Origin: Glycera tridactyla
Taxonomy: Eukaryota
NCBI GenBank assembly: GCA_965644265.1
Contig: OZ286461.1
Coordinates: 114,886,001 to 114,950,000 of the forward strand
Direction of reading: 5' to 3'
Length of the DNA: 64,000 nt
Under the pieces are notes generated by a model that ran no database searches, was not told where the DNA came from, and saw only the letters and a list, made by a program, of their open reading frames with translations. Positions 1 through 12,885 of this stretch are shown here, one piece after another. Made by a program: the position numbers and the translations under genes. The first letter of the stretch is position 1. Each line of letters starts with the position of its first letter.

Positions 1-690
1 CTCAATCAACCAACCATCAGATCAACCAACCTTCCAACAGCACCCCATATGATTGGAGCAGAATGAACTTCCAAGTTTGAAATGAAACAAGATAAATCGC
101 AACATGTGAGGGGAATCTCCACTGACATGCTTCGAATCTTATATTTCACCATTTCAATTAAATTACACAAGCTATGATTAAGGAGGCGTTTCATCTTTAA
201 TTTGTTTTGTTTCCTTCTCTTACTTCGTCTTCGACTTCTTCGTCTTCCGTCACCTTCTCCTGAGTGTCTGAATCTCGTCAACTTTGATATCTGTTGGGTA
301 TCCAGAAGGTAGAGTCTTAAAGGATCCCTCCCATACCAATCGCATTGGCGTCCCAATATAGCCAAGCTGGTTCTCACGAGATACTATACATGTATAACCA
401 ACCAACAACCAACCAATCTGAGTATGCTTAGCTAGACCTTACTATTGCATTCATACGTTCAATTATTTTAGCTGATTTCTTCCTTTCATCCCAGTGCGGC
501 TGCAGGTGCAGGTCTGATAGGTGCGCCTACCATTAGTTTGGTGTCTCTCATGCTATGGTTCCTTTTTCTGGGAACACCGGTGGTAATGACGTGACGGAAA
601 GCAACCAATCAGTCAATCAATGAACCAGCAACACCATCAACACCAGCACCAGCACCACAACCGACAGAGCTTTGACCATGATAGAGGTCC

Positions 691-897
691 AGTATGTTGA
701 GGTAGAGGTGTTTCTGAGCTGTCAGCTACTTCCACTTGACAACCTTTCAGGCTCGACACCATCTTGTTCAGGGTTTGTGAAAGCGATACCTGCAGAAGAG
801 AGGACATCGTTGACTGGGAATTCATTGCATACATAATCCTCTGTGTTGATACATGGCTTAATTCACATCAACCAAACCAAACCAAACCATCTCCATC
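691..897 (+). mobile_element. SINE-like repeat, family A
   Basis: Shared core GGTAGAGGTG..CTGTCAGCTACTTCCACTTGACAACCTTTCAGG..GTTCAGGGTTTGTGA..CATACATAATCC..TTGATACATG, followed by an (ACCAA)n tail. Confidence 0.7.
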
Positions 898-1089
898 AAG
901 CCTTGCTGTTTCATGGGCCTCATGTGTTCTTGTGAAGACACTGTTAATGTAACCACAGGTCTATCGTGTTCCATTGGTCGAGTATTTTCTGAATTTAATG
1001 CTTTTTCTTGTGTCAAGTGCCGCGCTTTGCAAAAAAAAAATCCCATTAATATCAGGCTTGAGTGTTAGCCTCCAGCCAGTTAATACTTA

Positions 1090-1299
1090 GATATGCCATC
1101 ATTAGATTCGGTTTATTCATGACGAGTAGGTAGAGGTGTGTATGAACTGTCAGCTGCTTCACTTGACAACCTTTCAGGTTTCCATCATCTTGCGTTCAGG
1201 GTTTGTGAGAGTGGTGTCGGCAGGGGAGAGAACATTTAGCTTCCATTGACCAGGAACACACGACAGACATAACCCTTGGGCTGATACATGCTGTTAAAC
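1090..1299 (+). mobile_element. SINE-like repeat, family A
   Basis: Same core, ending GATACATGCTGTTAAAC. Confidence 0.7.
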
Positions 1300-2146
1300 C
1301 TAGACATATCTATTGTGTTCGGAAATGTTTGAATATCTCTACATCTGAATATGCCATCCACATTTCCACTCCATCTTCCATCAAATCAAGGCTGTGATAA
1401 CACGTTTGATATCTAACAGTGTCCTGGCTATCATCATATCTCAATTTAAGATCATTAGTTAACTCTGAAGACGATCTGCCATCATTTCACCACAATTAGC
1501 TCCCAAAATTTCTCAGTAGAACTGACGCTAAAACGAGATGGAGCCCGTCGAGATATGGCAGAGAAGCGCGCCTCTGTACTGTGACTTGAAGTGCATACAT
1601 TTTGATGCATTTGGTATTATGTGATTTAAGGGCATGGATGTACCCGAAAGACCATTGAATCTTCTTTATCCGGGAAATGAAATCCATATGAAGGAGTAGA
1701 TCAAATATGCAATTTCACTTTATGGACACTCTAGTTGATGGCGCTCACCAAAAATCGCTGATGAATCCTAGGTGATGTCAAAAGTGTAATTCTATTTGCA
1801 CAAGCACATTCTGTAAAGGGAAGGAGGCATTCACTCAATCAGACAGTCTACATAGCTGTACAGCTGTCAGGGTAGACCTTTTGAATTGTGTTGAATACAC
1901 TTTATTTCCGTTTGTTCGATCAGTTACATACATGGTTATACACTTTTCAGAACGACGATGAGGGGTAGTAACACCACATGAAATACGATGATGAGATGAA
2001 GTGATGATGATGGTGAATGTGGATGTCAATATCACTTATACGTATGTACAAATATGAAAAACGGCAAGGAAAAAGAAGAGATCAATGATAATATAGATGT
2101 ATGACATGTATGAAATGTATAATATGATGATTATGATGATGATGAC

Positions 2147-2189
<43 letters not shown>

Positions 2190-2289
2190 GTGATGAGTGA
2201 GGGACATCGATAATATAATACTCAATAAACATTCTTATTTGACACATGGTATTTGTTCCGATTCAACTGAGATGTTGACACTGTTTTAG

Positions 2290-2520
2290 TTATGTCTACC
2301 TTTAATCCATGCTTCAAAGCGATCAGTTTCTGATATTTCAAGATCAGGATTCTGGCTTGTTAGAAGATTCAAATTCTTGAAAGCTCTATATCTGAAATTT
2401 CTTTCCAATAGCTTGTATCGGAATCTGGGTATCTCAAGATATGGTCTGTTTCGTGAACGCGTAGGATGGCCATGGCAGGTTTTAAAGTGCAAGGAGAGGT
2501 ACATAATAAATGCCCGTTCA
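2290..2520 (-). pseudogene. CR1/L2-like LINE ORF2 C-terminal relic
   Basis: The translation HGHPTRSRNRPYLEIPRFRYKLLERNFRYRAFKNLNLL fits the typical CR1/L2 tail H-x-Y-x-TRS...L-x-IPRFRT...RSF-x-YRA-x-KLWN-x-L. Confidence 0.5.
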
Positions 2521-4612
2521 AATAGTTGTTCAGGATATCAGTGTGTAGAGGGCGGGGGTGAGGTAACAAGTGCCACTTGTATAATGAGTCCATACAGTTT
2601 CGATGCGGTGTGTATCAATTGGCCCCGGATATAGCATTTCGCGTTCATGCATAGTTGATGGCGAAGACGACAAACACAGCCGCGATACACTGCATCCATT
2701 ATCTGTATGCTGTGCTCAAAATATACACTGCCTCACTCCCATCTCAAAAAATGTCAACCATCACCTATTCCAGATGGGGAAATTCGCTTTTACCAAGAGA
2801 GAGAGATGGGGGAGGGAGAGAGAGGGAGAGAGAGAGAGAGAGAGGGAGAGAGAGAGAAGGGGGAGAGAGAGATAGCAGATATCCAGTACTGCAAACGTTC
2901 GTCCACCAATATTGGTGAAGGGTGATCTCATATATCAGACCTGGTTAGTCGTGGTTATTTTCTACCGGTCCCAGCATCTTTCCCATATTTCTCTTGCATA
3001 AATGCACAGTCAGATGGGATTCTTTAATATACATCTTAAAAAAAAAATGAATCGGTTCATGAGACTCATGTGTGATAATTTACAGATAACCATACTAATG
3101 ATATATGCGAATATGTAACGGTATTGGGAGAGGCAGAAATAGTGGAAAGATGAATGCAATGAAGATCAAAAAGAAGATTGTATTGTGCTATATTGTGACG
3201 CCCATGCAATAGGCATGGGTGAGATCTTCCAAAACTGCTCCTTCTGGGTCCCAAACGGAGGGCGATTCAAGAAAGAGATGCTGAAGGAGGGAAAGAGAAG
3301 GAAGCAAAAGAGGGAAAGAAGAAAGGGAACAAGTAGAAGAGGAGGAGAAGGAGGAAAGNNNNNNNNNNNNNNNNNNNNNNNNNNNNNNNNNNNNNNNNNN
3401 NNNNNNNNNNNNNNNNNNNNNNNNNNNNNNNNNNNNNNNNNNNNNNNNNNNNNNNNNNNNNNNNNNNNNNNNNNNNNNNNNNNNNNNNNNNNNNNNNNNN
3501 NNNNNNNNNNNNNNNNNNNNNNNNNNNNNNNNNNNNNNNNNNNNNNNNNNNNNNTGTAGGAGATTCAACACCTGGTGATGAAGACTCAACAAAATATGGT
3601 TCCATTCACATACTGTGTCTCAATTCAGTTGGTAGGATTCTTACTGGGCCCTGATGACTTGTTGAGGCTGGAAATTGTCGATAGACACAAACCGATTCAG
3701 CAAACTGTGACAGGTTAGTAGTGAGAGGCAGGAAACCGTTGATAGGCGGAAGAATCCATTCAGAAAACTATCAGCCATTTTGCAAGCTCCTGCATTAGCT
3801 ACTATTTGCACTGCTGGCAGCCCTTGATAGTTTCATTGTGCAGCACAGACAAGAATCTACATGCAATGCGACACACACGCCTCTTCTACCAATACTTCAA
3901 ACTGATAAAGAAAGACGCATTATAGCTGTACACAAATAAATTATATGGCTATATCTCAAAAGGTCCTGGGAGCATTCTGATGTATACATATTTGTTTAGG
4001 CAAATCCGCTCCCTATTTACTTTCCTGGTGATGGTTTATCTGGTTAGTTGAGGTTTAAACGCATGTCTCAACCCAAAAGAGTACGTATACCGCGTGTTCG
4101 TGGTCTATGGGAGCAGGATGCACTGTCCCATGCAGGCATCACTCAAACAAATCCAGAACACAGAGAAGATGTCAAATTGAATTTGGTGCACTTCAATGAA
4201 TAATAATATCAGATGCTTCATTCTCGTAGTAAAATTCCATCCCAGTAAATATAGTCGCATTCTTGGTAACCCTTGGAGATTATAAGTATGCTAAAAAGCA
4301 CACTTCATCACATCTATGGACATGACTCGTTTTGGGCCCAGCCATTGTGTTGGAACCATTGTGAAGGAATATGAATTACTTCATCTGACATCAGGCGAAT
4401 GTTTGACTGTGATATTTACACATTGGGAACTCAAAATTGAATTATATTTACGTAGAAGGAGAAGTATGATATCCTGATCACGATCTTGAATTTCCCACCG
4501 ATACTGGCATCTATGGGCGGCATACTATAGCACATGTGGCGCAGACCATGAACATAGCTTCATCGTTTTATGACTTCCACTGTTAGATGGTGAAAATTGA
4601 TTGATGTTATTA

Positions 4613-4790
4613 CAGTCTAAGTTGTCTATGGAGACCGCCTTCGGTCGCATCGAAAAGTGGTCTTTATAGGGAGGTGGTCTTTATAGAGAGGTCATTTACT
4701 GTTGAAAATACTACCATGGTCGCAGCTCAGGGTGGTCTTTATGGAGAGGTGGTCTCCATAAAGAGGTGGTCTTTAGAGCAGGTTCGACTG
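4613..4790. mobile_element. pogo/Tigger-like MITE (CAGT termini, TA TSD)
   Basis: TA|CAGTCTAAGTTGTC ... GAGCAGGTTCGACTG|TA, with internal GAGGTGGTCT repeats. Confidence 0.7.
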
Positions 4791-7700
4791 TATATAAATG
4801 ATCTATGTTTAGGAGGGCTGGAGGATTCAGGGATTTTGCTCATCCTGTAGGCTGTGGAATCATTCATGATCCTTTCCACGGAGTTGCTCGCTGTCATTCT
4901 ACATCCTGATCGTGGACTCATCATTCCCTCCTACTGACAGCAGTCTCATTCTAGATAATGCTGGGGGTGTCTACATCTGTTAGAGATTGCACCATTTCTG
5001 TGGTGCATCACAGCTGAATTTGGTATTACTTATGAAACTTGTTTCGGACACAGGTCATTTCACGTATCGTTTTCTAATAAAGATAAGCACGCAGATAAAG
5101 CTATGAGGCTCGGGTGTGAATCTAGTTGACTTGCAGCAGGACATCCCCCAGGGAGGGAGCGGCCAATTATTGGCTTGGACCGCGATTGCACGGGGGTTAT
5201 CTACGATACCCCTGAGATGTCTGCACCCAGACGCTGATATTATCTATGTAACACTACGGATTGGTATCCGCGCGTGTTATTAGAATTAGCATGAATATGA
5301 TAGGGATTCCATTTAGTGAAATCCGCGGATTTCCTCTTGAGGCCCTCGGTACTAGTTTTCAGTCCCGAGAATGGGTAATAAACTCGTTAGATGGGTGAAT
5401 AACGCATTTTATCTCATATGAATCGCCGTATTTCTGTGTGATGCGTTTATTTCCATCTAAAAGTTATCGTATTTTTTTGAATACGTAGTCATGGCAACTA
5501 GCGATCGAGTTATGCGCCTATGAAGACGCGAACTCAATTTGAGCCCTGCTTGTCATGAAACTAGGAGTACTCGGTTAAATAGGAGCCATTTCTTCAATTT
5601 TGGATTTAGGACATCCAAAATTTCATGTGATATCCATGATATCGGGGCCGAATTATATCCCAAGTTAAGAGAATGTATCTTTAGTCGGTAAAAAGTAACG
5701 CCGATTTTAGTGTCATGTCGAGGCCGGATTTCGACTCGATTTGTCTCTTGTGAGGTTCCCAGAACGTATCCCTTCGGCGGATTGGGCAGAGTCGAGACAG
5801 AGATTCCGCTCTGGAAAGTGACAACACTTTCCTTTGAAATCTGACCGAAATGGATCCGTTTTAACTGGAAAAACATGTCCAAACGAAGCATACCGGTTTG
5901 GGGGGTTGACATTCAACATTCCTGCTTATGTAAAAGTACCTGCTTGCCTCTCCAGGGTAATGTTATAAAACCCTTCACTGCCGAGAGACCGGCACTTGAA
6001 GACTCTACCCTGGAGAGAGCGCACCTACGTTGAAGAAGTAAGGGAAGTCATAGATCCCATCCTACTTTGCTGCTTTGGATATGATGATGCTTCCTTCATA
6101 ATGGACAACTGAAACCTCCGCTTACGAAGTAAGTCAGTGATAGAGTCATTAGTTTATGTAGGAGCTGATAGGTTGCATATTTCAGGAGCTCTGTAATATG
6201 GCCATATGGAATACCATGCCATAACATGCCACCGGATTTTCCATGATTAGCATTTATTAAATTCTCATTTTTCAAGCATACGTGGTCGTGAAAATCGTGT
6301 TTTGGATATATGTGATATTTAAAATGTTGCCCGGTAAGATGCCCCATGCCCCGTGCATTTATTAGCTAATTTCCGTTTTATACTGTCTGTGGCATTTCTG
6401 TGAATTCCCTGTGCTGTTCCGGTGAATGTGAGAAACTTTCTGGAACATGTGGAACTAGTGGAACTGCGAGGAACTGGGCCGTGTTCTTCCAGTATTGTTC
6501 CCGGAGCAGTACGCCAGTATGGGTGGAACAGGGCTAAGCAGAGTGCTGTCAGGTTGTCTGAAAAACGCTTGGACTCACTGGGTTTGCTGAGTGAGGGGAG
6601 CGTTCGAAATGAACCGTTGAGCGTCTCAATATAGCCCTAAATATCGTAGTTATTGCATGAACGACCGTTTACAAGCGTGGTGTAATGCAGTGTATTGAAT
6701 AATTCAATTTTATCACTGTGGCACCGTTAGTGTTAATAGGCAAACTATTTGCAGTGTTTTCGCTGTGAATACACTTTCTAATGAATGTTTTTAGACTGTA
6801 ACAGCAGTTTATTTCTTTCAAATTCAGTGTGTTTTGGTATCTGAAGCTTGACCTAGTCCATGTGCGCAGAGCTGGAAACCGACATCAGTTGGCGGCCCCA
6901 ACAATGGAGCTCGATGTCATGTCTGTACTATCCAGGTCACCGCTCAGGTGAAGCCATGCTTTTGGTCACAAATAGCGCGCACAGCTGATTTGATGTTTCT
7001 TGTCCTTCTCAATCATTCAATATAGAACCCTTCATTCTATTCAGTTTTCGCTGGAATTTTCCATGAAAACATTGGTTTTCGGCGAAATGGTTTTACAGTA
7101 GTGTTATTCTATCAAACGTCGATCAAACGGTGTGAAAATCTAGGATTTTTGTTCGATTAACCTATCGATTAATCGATTAATCGACCGATCAAATATGCTT
7201 GAAACTATCGATTTTATAACGTTTTCATATCAGAAAGCCTTGTTCTTGAAGTACACCCGTTGATTTGATGGGAATCAAAGTCAAAAGTTTGTTTTTATCG
7301 CATTATATACTTGGAGATCCGATGGTGGAGTTGTGGCACTCTAGTTGTAATGGAAACGGAGCGAGGAAAGCGAAACGAGGCCGTTTGTTTTCGAGAGAGA
7401 ATCGCTAGTGGGGAATATGCCAGACTTGAAATTAGACTTTCTATGGACTTGTCCGGTCCTTCAAAGCCCTTTTTCTGTCCTAAGCGTCGAGTACCCTAAG
7501 CACGGATCTTCCCTAAGCACCCTAAGCCCGATGTTTTGTTCCTAAACCCCGTGACCTACTTTTGGAGGCATACCTCTCTATTGAGACCAACTTGTCACTT
7601 GTGACCACTTCGAGATTTTAATGCTAAAAGATGTGCTGAGTCACGTTGAACGTTACTTTTGAAGGAAAATGTTTTTGAACGATTTTTAGGCCATCGAAAT

Positions 7701-10700
7701 TCGGTGTTTGTAAACGGTTTGTTTTTGTAAAGAAAAGCAGCTGAACCCGCTTTCTTTTTGAGCTTTGAAATGTTATAGACCATTGTCGGACCGATCTAGA
7801 GCTTTCTTGCTGATCGGTTGGATGTAAACAATCCGCCATTTTGGATTTCCGTCCGCCATTTTGGATAGCCTCACTTTGAGTTTTGATCCACTTTGACTTT
7901 TCAGCCAGTTTGTAACTTTTCATTTTGAGCTGAAAGAGTTTGAAACAAATGTAGAACAGATCGGAATTGGTTCTCAGTGATTGTGAATTGCCGGCTTTTG
8001 AAATTCTAGCTGTCGGGTTTTTGCTAATTGGTGTGTGACTGCGTTAACTTAGCGCGTCATCTTAGACTTAGCACTTCGCTACCCCACCCCCACATTGTCT
8101 TATTACATAAGCACATTTGTGTTTGTGGTTGGTGACCCATGGGACTGCAGATAATACTCAACCGCTCTGTATTTTCGGATTTCTTTTTCACTTTTTGACT
8201 TTAGACTTTGCTTATGCATGGGAATCTGTCAAAATTTTGGGATTTTGAAATTCTGAGACTTTAGCACTTGGTTCGGACTTGGTTGATCGGAACTTAGACC
8301 CAGCTGCCACTGCAGCCATGACTTAGCACGTTCCGGTCTATGTTAGTTTTGATTCACACTGAAATGGGAGGGAAAACTTGTTGATTTCAGCTCACTGCCA
8401 CCTGCCTCCGGTGAATAGTATCTGGTAGCTGATACTGTCTATAGAAGCCTGCCTGTCTAGATAGTGGTTCTTTAATAATTTGAATTTATTCTGAATTTGA
8501 ATTTATTATTCAAAATCAATTTTGAATTATTTCGAATTTTTGAATTATTTTTGAATTGGGACTTTACTATTTTTGATTGAAAAGCGTGCCTGCTCTTTTC
8601 ATGCAGACAGTTGGACTTCATATCTTTTTCTGTTTACTGCTGCATCGTAACCCAGCTGGTATAGAGAGGACTTGGTGTGTTCACCTCTCTAGTTCATTTC
8701 ACCATGGACTTAGCTCTCTATATCACAGCTGATGATCTTTTAATGCCAATTCTCATGAATTGATTAACTTAGTTCGCTAGGTGCCTTCTTAGTTGGTTAT
8801 GACTTTGGGCATTGAGATTTCTTTTCAACGGTAAATTTTTTTGAATTGTCCTTCGACAATTTATTCAACTATTTAGTTGAAATTTCAAGTAACTGGAAAC
8901 TTTAATTCAATCTCTTTCTCTTTTTGCGATCTTATCGCTATTTAGTTGGTGGGGATCAGTGGGATCTTGCCTTCCCACTATAATAGATCTGGCACTGCAC
9001 TAGCAACTAAGAGCACGCAAAAAACTTAGAAACTTTCTTGAGATTGAAACCAGTAAGCATAATTTTAAATTCTTGGGAGCCACTCGCCTTAGTGAATTAT
9101 TTTTGGAACACCATGGTAGGAGACTTTTTCTGTTTTTTTTGCAGCAAACATGTGTTCTGAAGTCTTCAATTAAGCGTTGAGGGAGGTGCGCTCTCTCCAG
9201 AGCTACAGCTTCAATTCGCCTTACTCCGGGCCTATGGAGGACCAACCGTGACTGGTGAGGTCACTAGCCCTTCTCTATCTGATGGAGAACTAACCAGGAC
9301 GACAGCTGTTGGGACTTAGTCCGAGTCTCTTGGGCGCTGTCTTTGATGAATGAGATGTCGGATTGTGAGGTCTTATCTGGCCCTCATACAATATGGTGAG
9401 AAGTATGACTTCATCTTAAAGTCTTCGCTATACTTCGCGTATTCTCTATTGAGAGGACTTGCCAAATACTCTCCGTTTGACACAGTCATCTCTTCGAATG
9501 TCTTCGTTCTGAATTCGAACTGATACACGAGTATCTCACGCGATTGATATTCTTCCGTGAATCATCTCGCGTGGCCACGCTATATCTGACTTTAGACCAT
9601 ATTCTTGAGCTCTAACTATATAGTGTGCACACTGACTTTTCAGGGACTTCATTAATCATGCTCTGATTACAGCTACTCTCCATTTACAGTTCCCTTTCTA
9701 CCAAGCGTACAGACATCGTTGGATCATCGCCTTTGGATCAGTAAATCAGGGCTGTGTTTTCTCTATAAACATTCCTCTAATATTCTGAGGTCATATATTT
9801 ACTTGTATTGTATCTCAACATGGGAATTTATAACTTTCTGTGTGATTGGAGTGAATGCAAAGGTCTGATGTTTGTCGAGAGTTGAACCAATCTCTACTTA
9901 CCAGCCATTTAGAGTTTTTAGAGTTTTTAGAATTTTTATTCAAACTTGCAGGAGAGAGATCAATGACCATATCTCCTCTCCTATGAGTACGAATATCAAT
10001 ATTACAGAGCAAAAGCGAAATACATAAGGGGATAAAACATGAACGACATAATGTACTATATAAAACATGAACAACATACTATACATATCAAACAACACTG
10101 TACAACATTAAACAGACAATACATAGGGCATACTATACACAAAAGCAATACGATTCACATCTGAATCCAGTGGGTGACATGTCTGGCCGGAGTATAATAA
10201 AGTTTATTCGAATCATATCAAAAGCAATACTATATGTGATTACTCACCGAGTGATAAGTTGTCGGCATCGGGACTGATGTATGAACTAAAATCGATGCTT
10301 AGGACAGGTTTGACTGTAGTTCCTGAAAACAGGCGATAACATCATCAACAACAACAACAACAACAACAACCAACAAACTATTCTGTGACCATGTGTTGAC
10401 CAACAGACTTGTTCTAGTATCATGGATCGTAATTTGCGATTATTTGTCTTCTGGTGTAATGTAGCCCAAAGAACGACTCGGGAATGTCACGACAAGTACA
10501 TTTCCTTGACTCATAGATAGTGATGCCGTAAATGCCAGGTTGTTGGGCGGGATGAAAGCCCGGAGATAAACGAGTGGTCAAATTTGGATGGCGAATATAT
10601 AACCATAAACCAAGAGCGCATTCGTGGGCGGCTGATATCAGCACTTTTTCCAAACGTCAAAACCTGAATGTCGCATTCTTTCAGCTGGAACAAAGATGGT

Positions 10701-11232
10701 GTGTAAGGTTCATCTGAAAGGCCAGATTGGTCCCTCATGGGGAATGCATGTTTTTTTGCAGTCGGGTATGTCGAAGCTGCAATAATAATATGGATGCACA
10801 ATGAGAGAGCCATGTATCCAAAAAAAATCGCTTGAAGTAAGAACGTTGGAATCCATGCGCGAATGTTTCCTGAGCCATTATCAAAGTCGACAAGACAAAA
10901 ACGCAAATCCGAGCCGTTCAGGTATGCAACAAATGCAATCGTTCTTGCACAGGCGAGGGATTTGCAATTTGTGATGGTATGCAAATGGCCAGCGTGCTCC
11001 TGTTGAGTCTTATATAAAACTCGATAGATTCAAGCCATAACTGACATATTGTTCTCCGTAGGTTAGTTGAGTTTTTAGTGTATCACACAGCCTCCAAAAA
11101 TATCAGGCAGTGTGACATCCAAAGAATATCCTCTTTGTCCTCACGATCTTTTGTCCTATACTGCTTCTTTGCTTTTACTTCCTTTACCTGGCAACAGTAA
11201 GACGCGAGGATTGATTCCATTATCTTGCGAGA

Positions 11233-11305
<73 letters not shown>

Positions 11306-12295
11306 AGCAGGGAGAGGGATCAGGGAGAGGGAGAGAGACAAAAAGAGGGACAGAGAGCGAGCAAGGCGAAGAGAAAAGAGAGAAAAAGGAGAAAGAGACA
11401 GAACTAGAATGCCGCCACTAGTGTGTACTAGTGTAATACTACGTATCACTGACTCTTATGCCATCCATGGATAATATAGGTAGGTAGATGAAGGGAGGGA
11501 AGGATGGATGTATAGATGGATGTAGAAAGAGAGAGACAGAGGGGGGGGGGGTGCAGAGAACAAGAGAGNNNNNNNNNNNNNNNNNNNNNNNNNNNNNNNN
11601 NNNNNNNNNNNNNNNNNNNNNNNNNNNNNNNNNNNNNNNNNNNNNNNNNNNNNNNNNNNNNNNNNNNNNNNNNNNNNNNNNNNNNNNNNNNNNNNNNNNN
11701 NNNNNNNNNNNNNNNNNNNNNNNNNNNNNNNNNNNNNNNNNNNNNNNNNNNNNNNNNNNNNNNNNNNNNNNNNNNNNNNNNNNNNNNNNNNNNNNNCACC
11801 GTAGACGTATCAGTGTATCAAATGGATTTATTCTGTTGTTAACTAGAATGCCGGCACTAAAGGGTTCACATACTATGTCTTATTGACACTAATGCCATCT
11901 AAGAATGAAACAACAACTTTCAGGCAGTCAGGTCATGTTTCTCTCCTAGTCGAACTTCCGCCATGTTTGCATTTAATTTGTTCTTTAATTAAGTCATGTG
12001 ATTGCAGGATCAAATCAACAACTTACACAAGGAGGGGCAGACTATTCTTTGGGAAAGTGATTATCAAGTTTGATCATTTCTGAGAAAGCAGCCTTTGACA
12101 AGTTCTTGACTTTAGTTTGACTTCATGACATGTCCCAGCTTATCTCAGCTTACCAGAGGTATCGGAAATTGTGGGATAAGCTTCATATTGTTGTTACAGT
12201 CAAATATACAAGGAATAGAACCAGTTTTGTTCTCTTCATTCCCACATAGCAACATTGTACGGTATGAAACCTAGGTGTGATATTGGGAGGTAGAT

Positions 12296-12530
12296 TTGAT
12301 TGAGTTTAGGATTATCGGCATGTATCAACCCAGGGAATTTTATATGTTGTGGGTTTCTAGTTATTGGAAGCTAGATGTTCTACCCCTTGCAGGCATCAAT
12401 CTCACAAACCCTGAGCACAGGATGATAAAGAACATGAAAGGCTTGCAAGTGAAAGTACCTGATAGTTCAGACATACCTCCACCTATCTAACGTGGTTAAA
12501 TTGAACCTAATGGTGGTATATTCGACGCGA
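12296..12530 (-). mobile_element. SINE-like repeat, family A
   Basis: Reverse-complement copy of the core (GGCATGTATCAACCC..GGAAGCTAGATGTTCT..CTCACAAACCCTGA). Confidence 0.7.
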
Positions 12531-12624
12531 GGTCTTCCAGCCCTTGTAATTCTGTGACGTGATCCTACTCAGGGGGCAAGGCCATTCTGAAATCCCACAG
12601 TAATCATATATCACATGATACCAG

Positions 12625-12885
12625 TCATATAAGTAGTACATCATAATGTAATGCTTCACAAATCATGATTTACATAGTGGAGACACAGGGGGTGGAGGAA
12701 TCATAATGTCTGGCCGCAGAATCAACCATGTAACTGGCTGGAAGCTGACATGAAATCAATCATATAAGTGGTACATCATAATGTAATGCTTCACAAATCA
12801 TGATTTACATAGTTGAGACACAGGGGGTGGAAGGATCATAATGTCTGGCCGCAGATTCAACCATGTAACTGGCTGGAAGCTGACA
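12625..12885. repeat. Direct duplication, 135-bp period
   Basis: TCATATAAGT(A/G)GTACATCATAATG...GGCTGGAAGCTGACA at 12625-12750 and 12760-12885. Confidence 0.92.
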
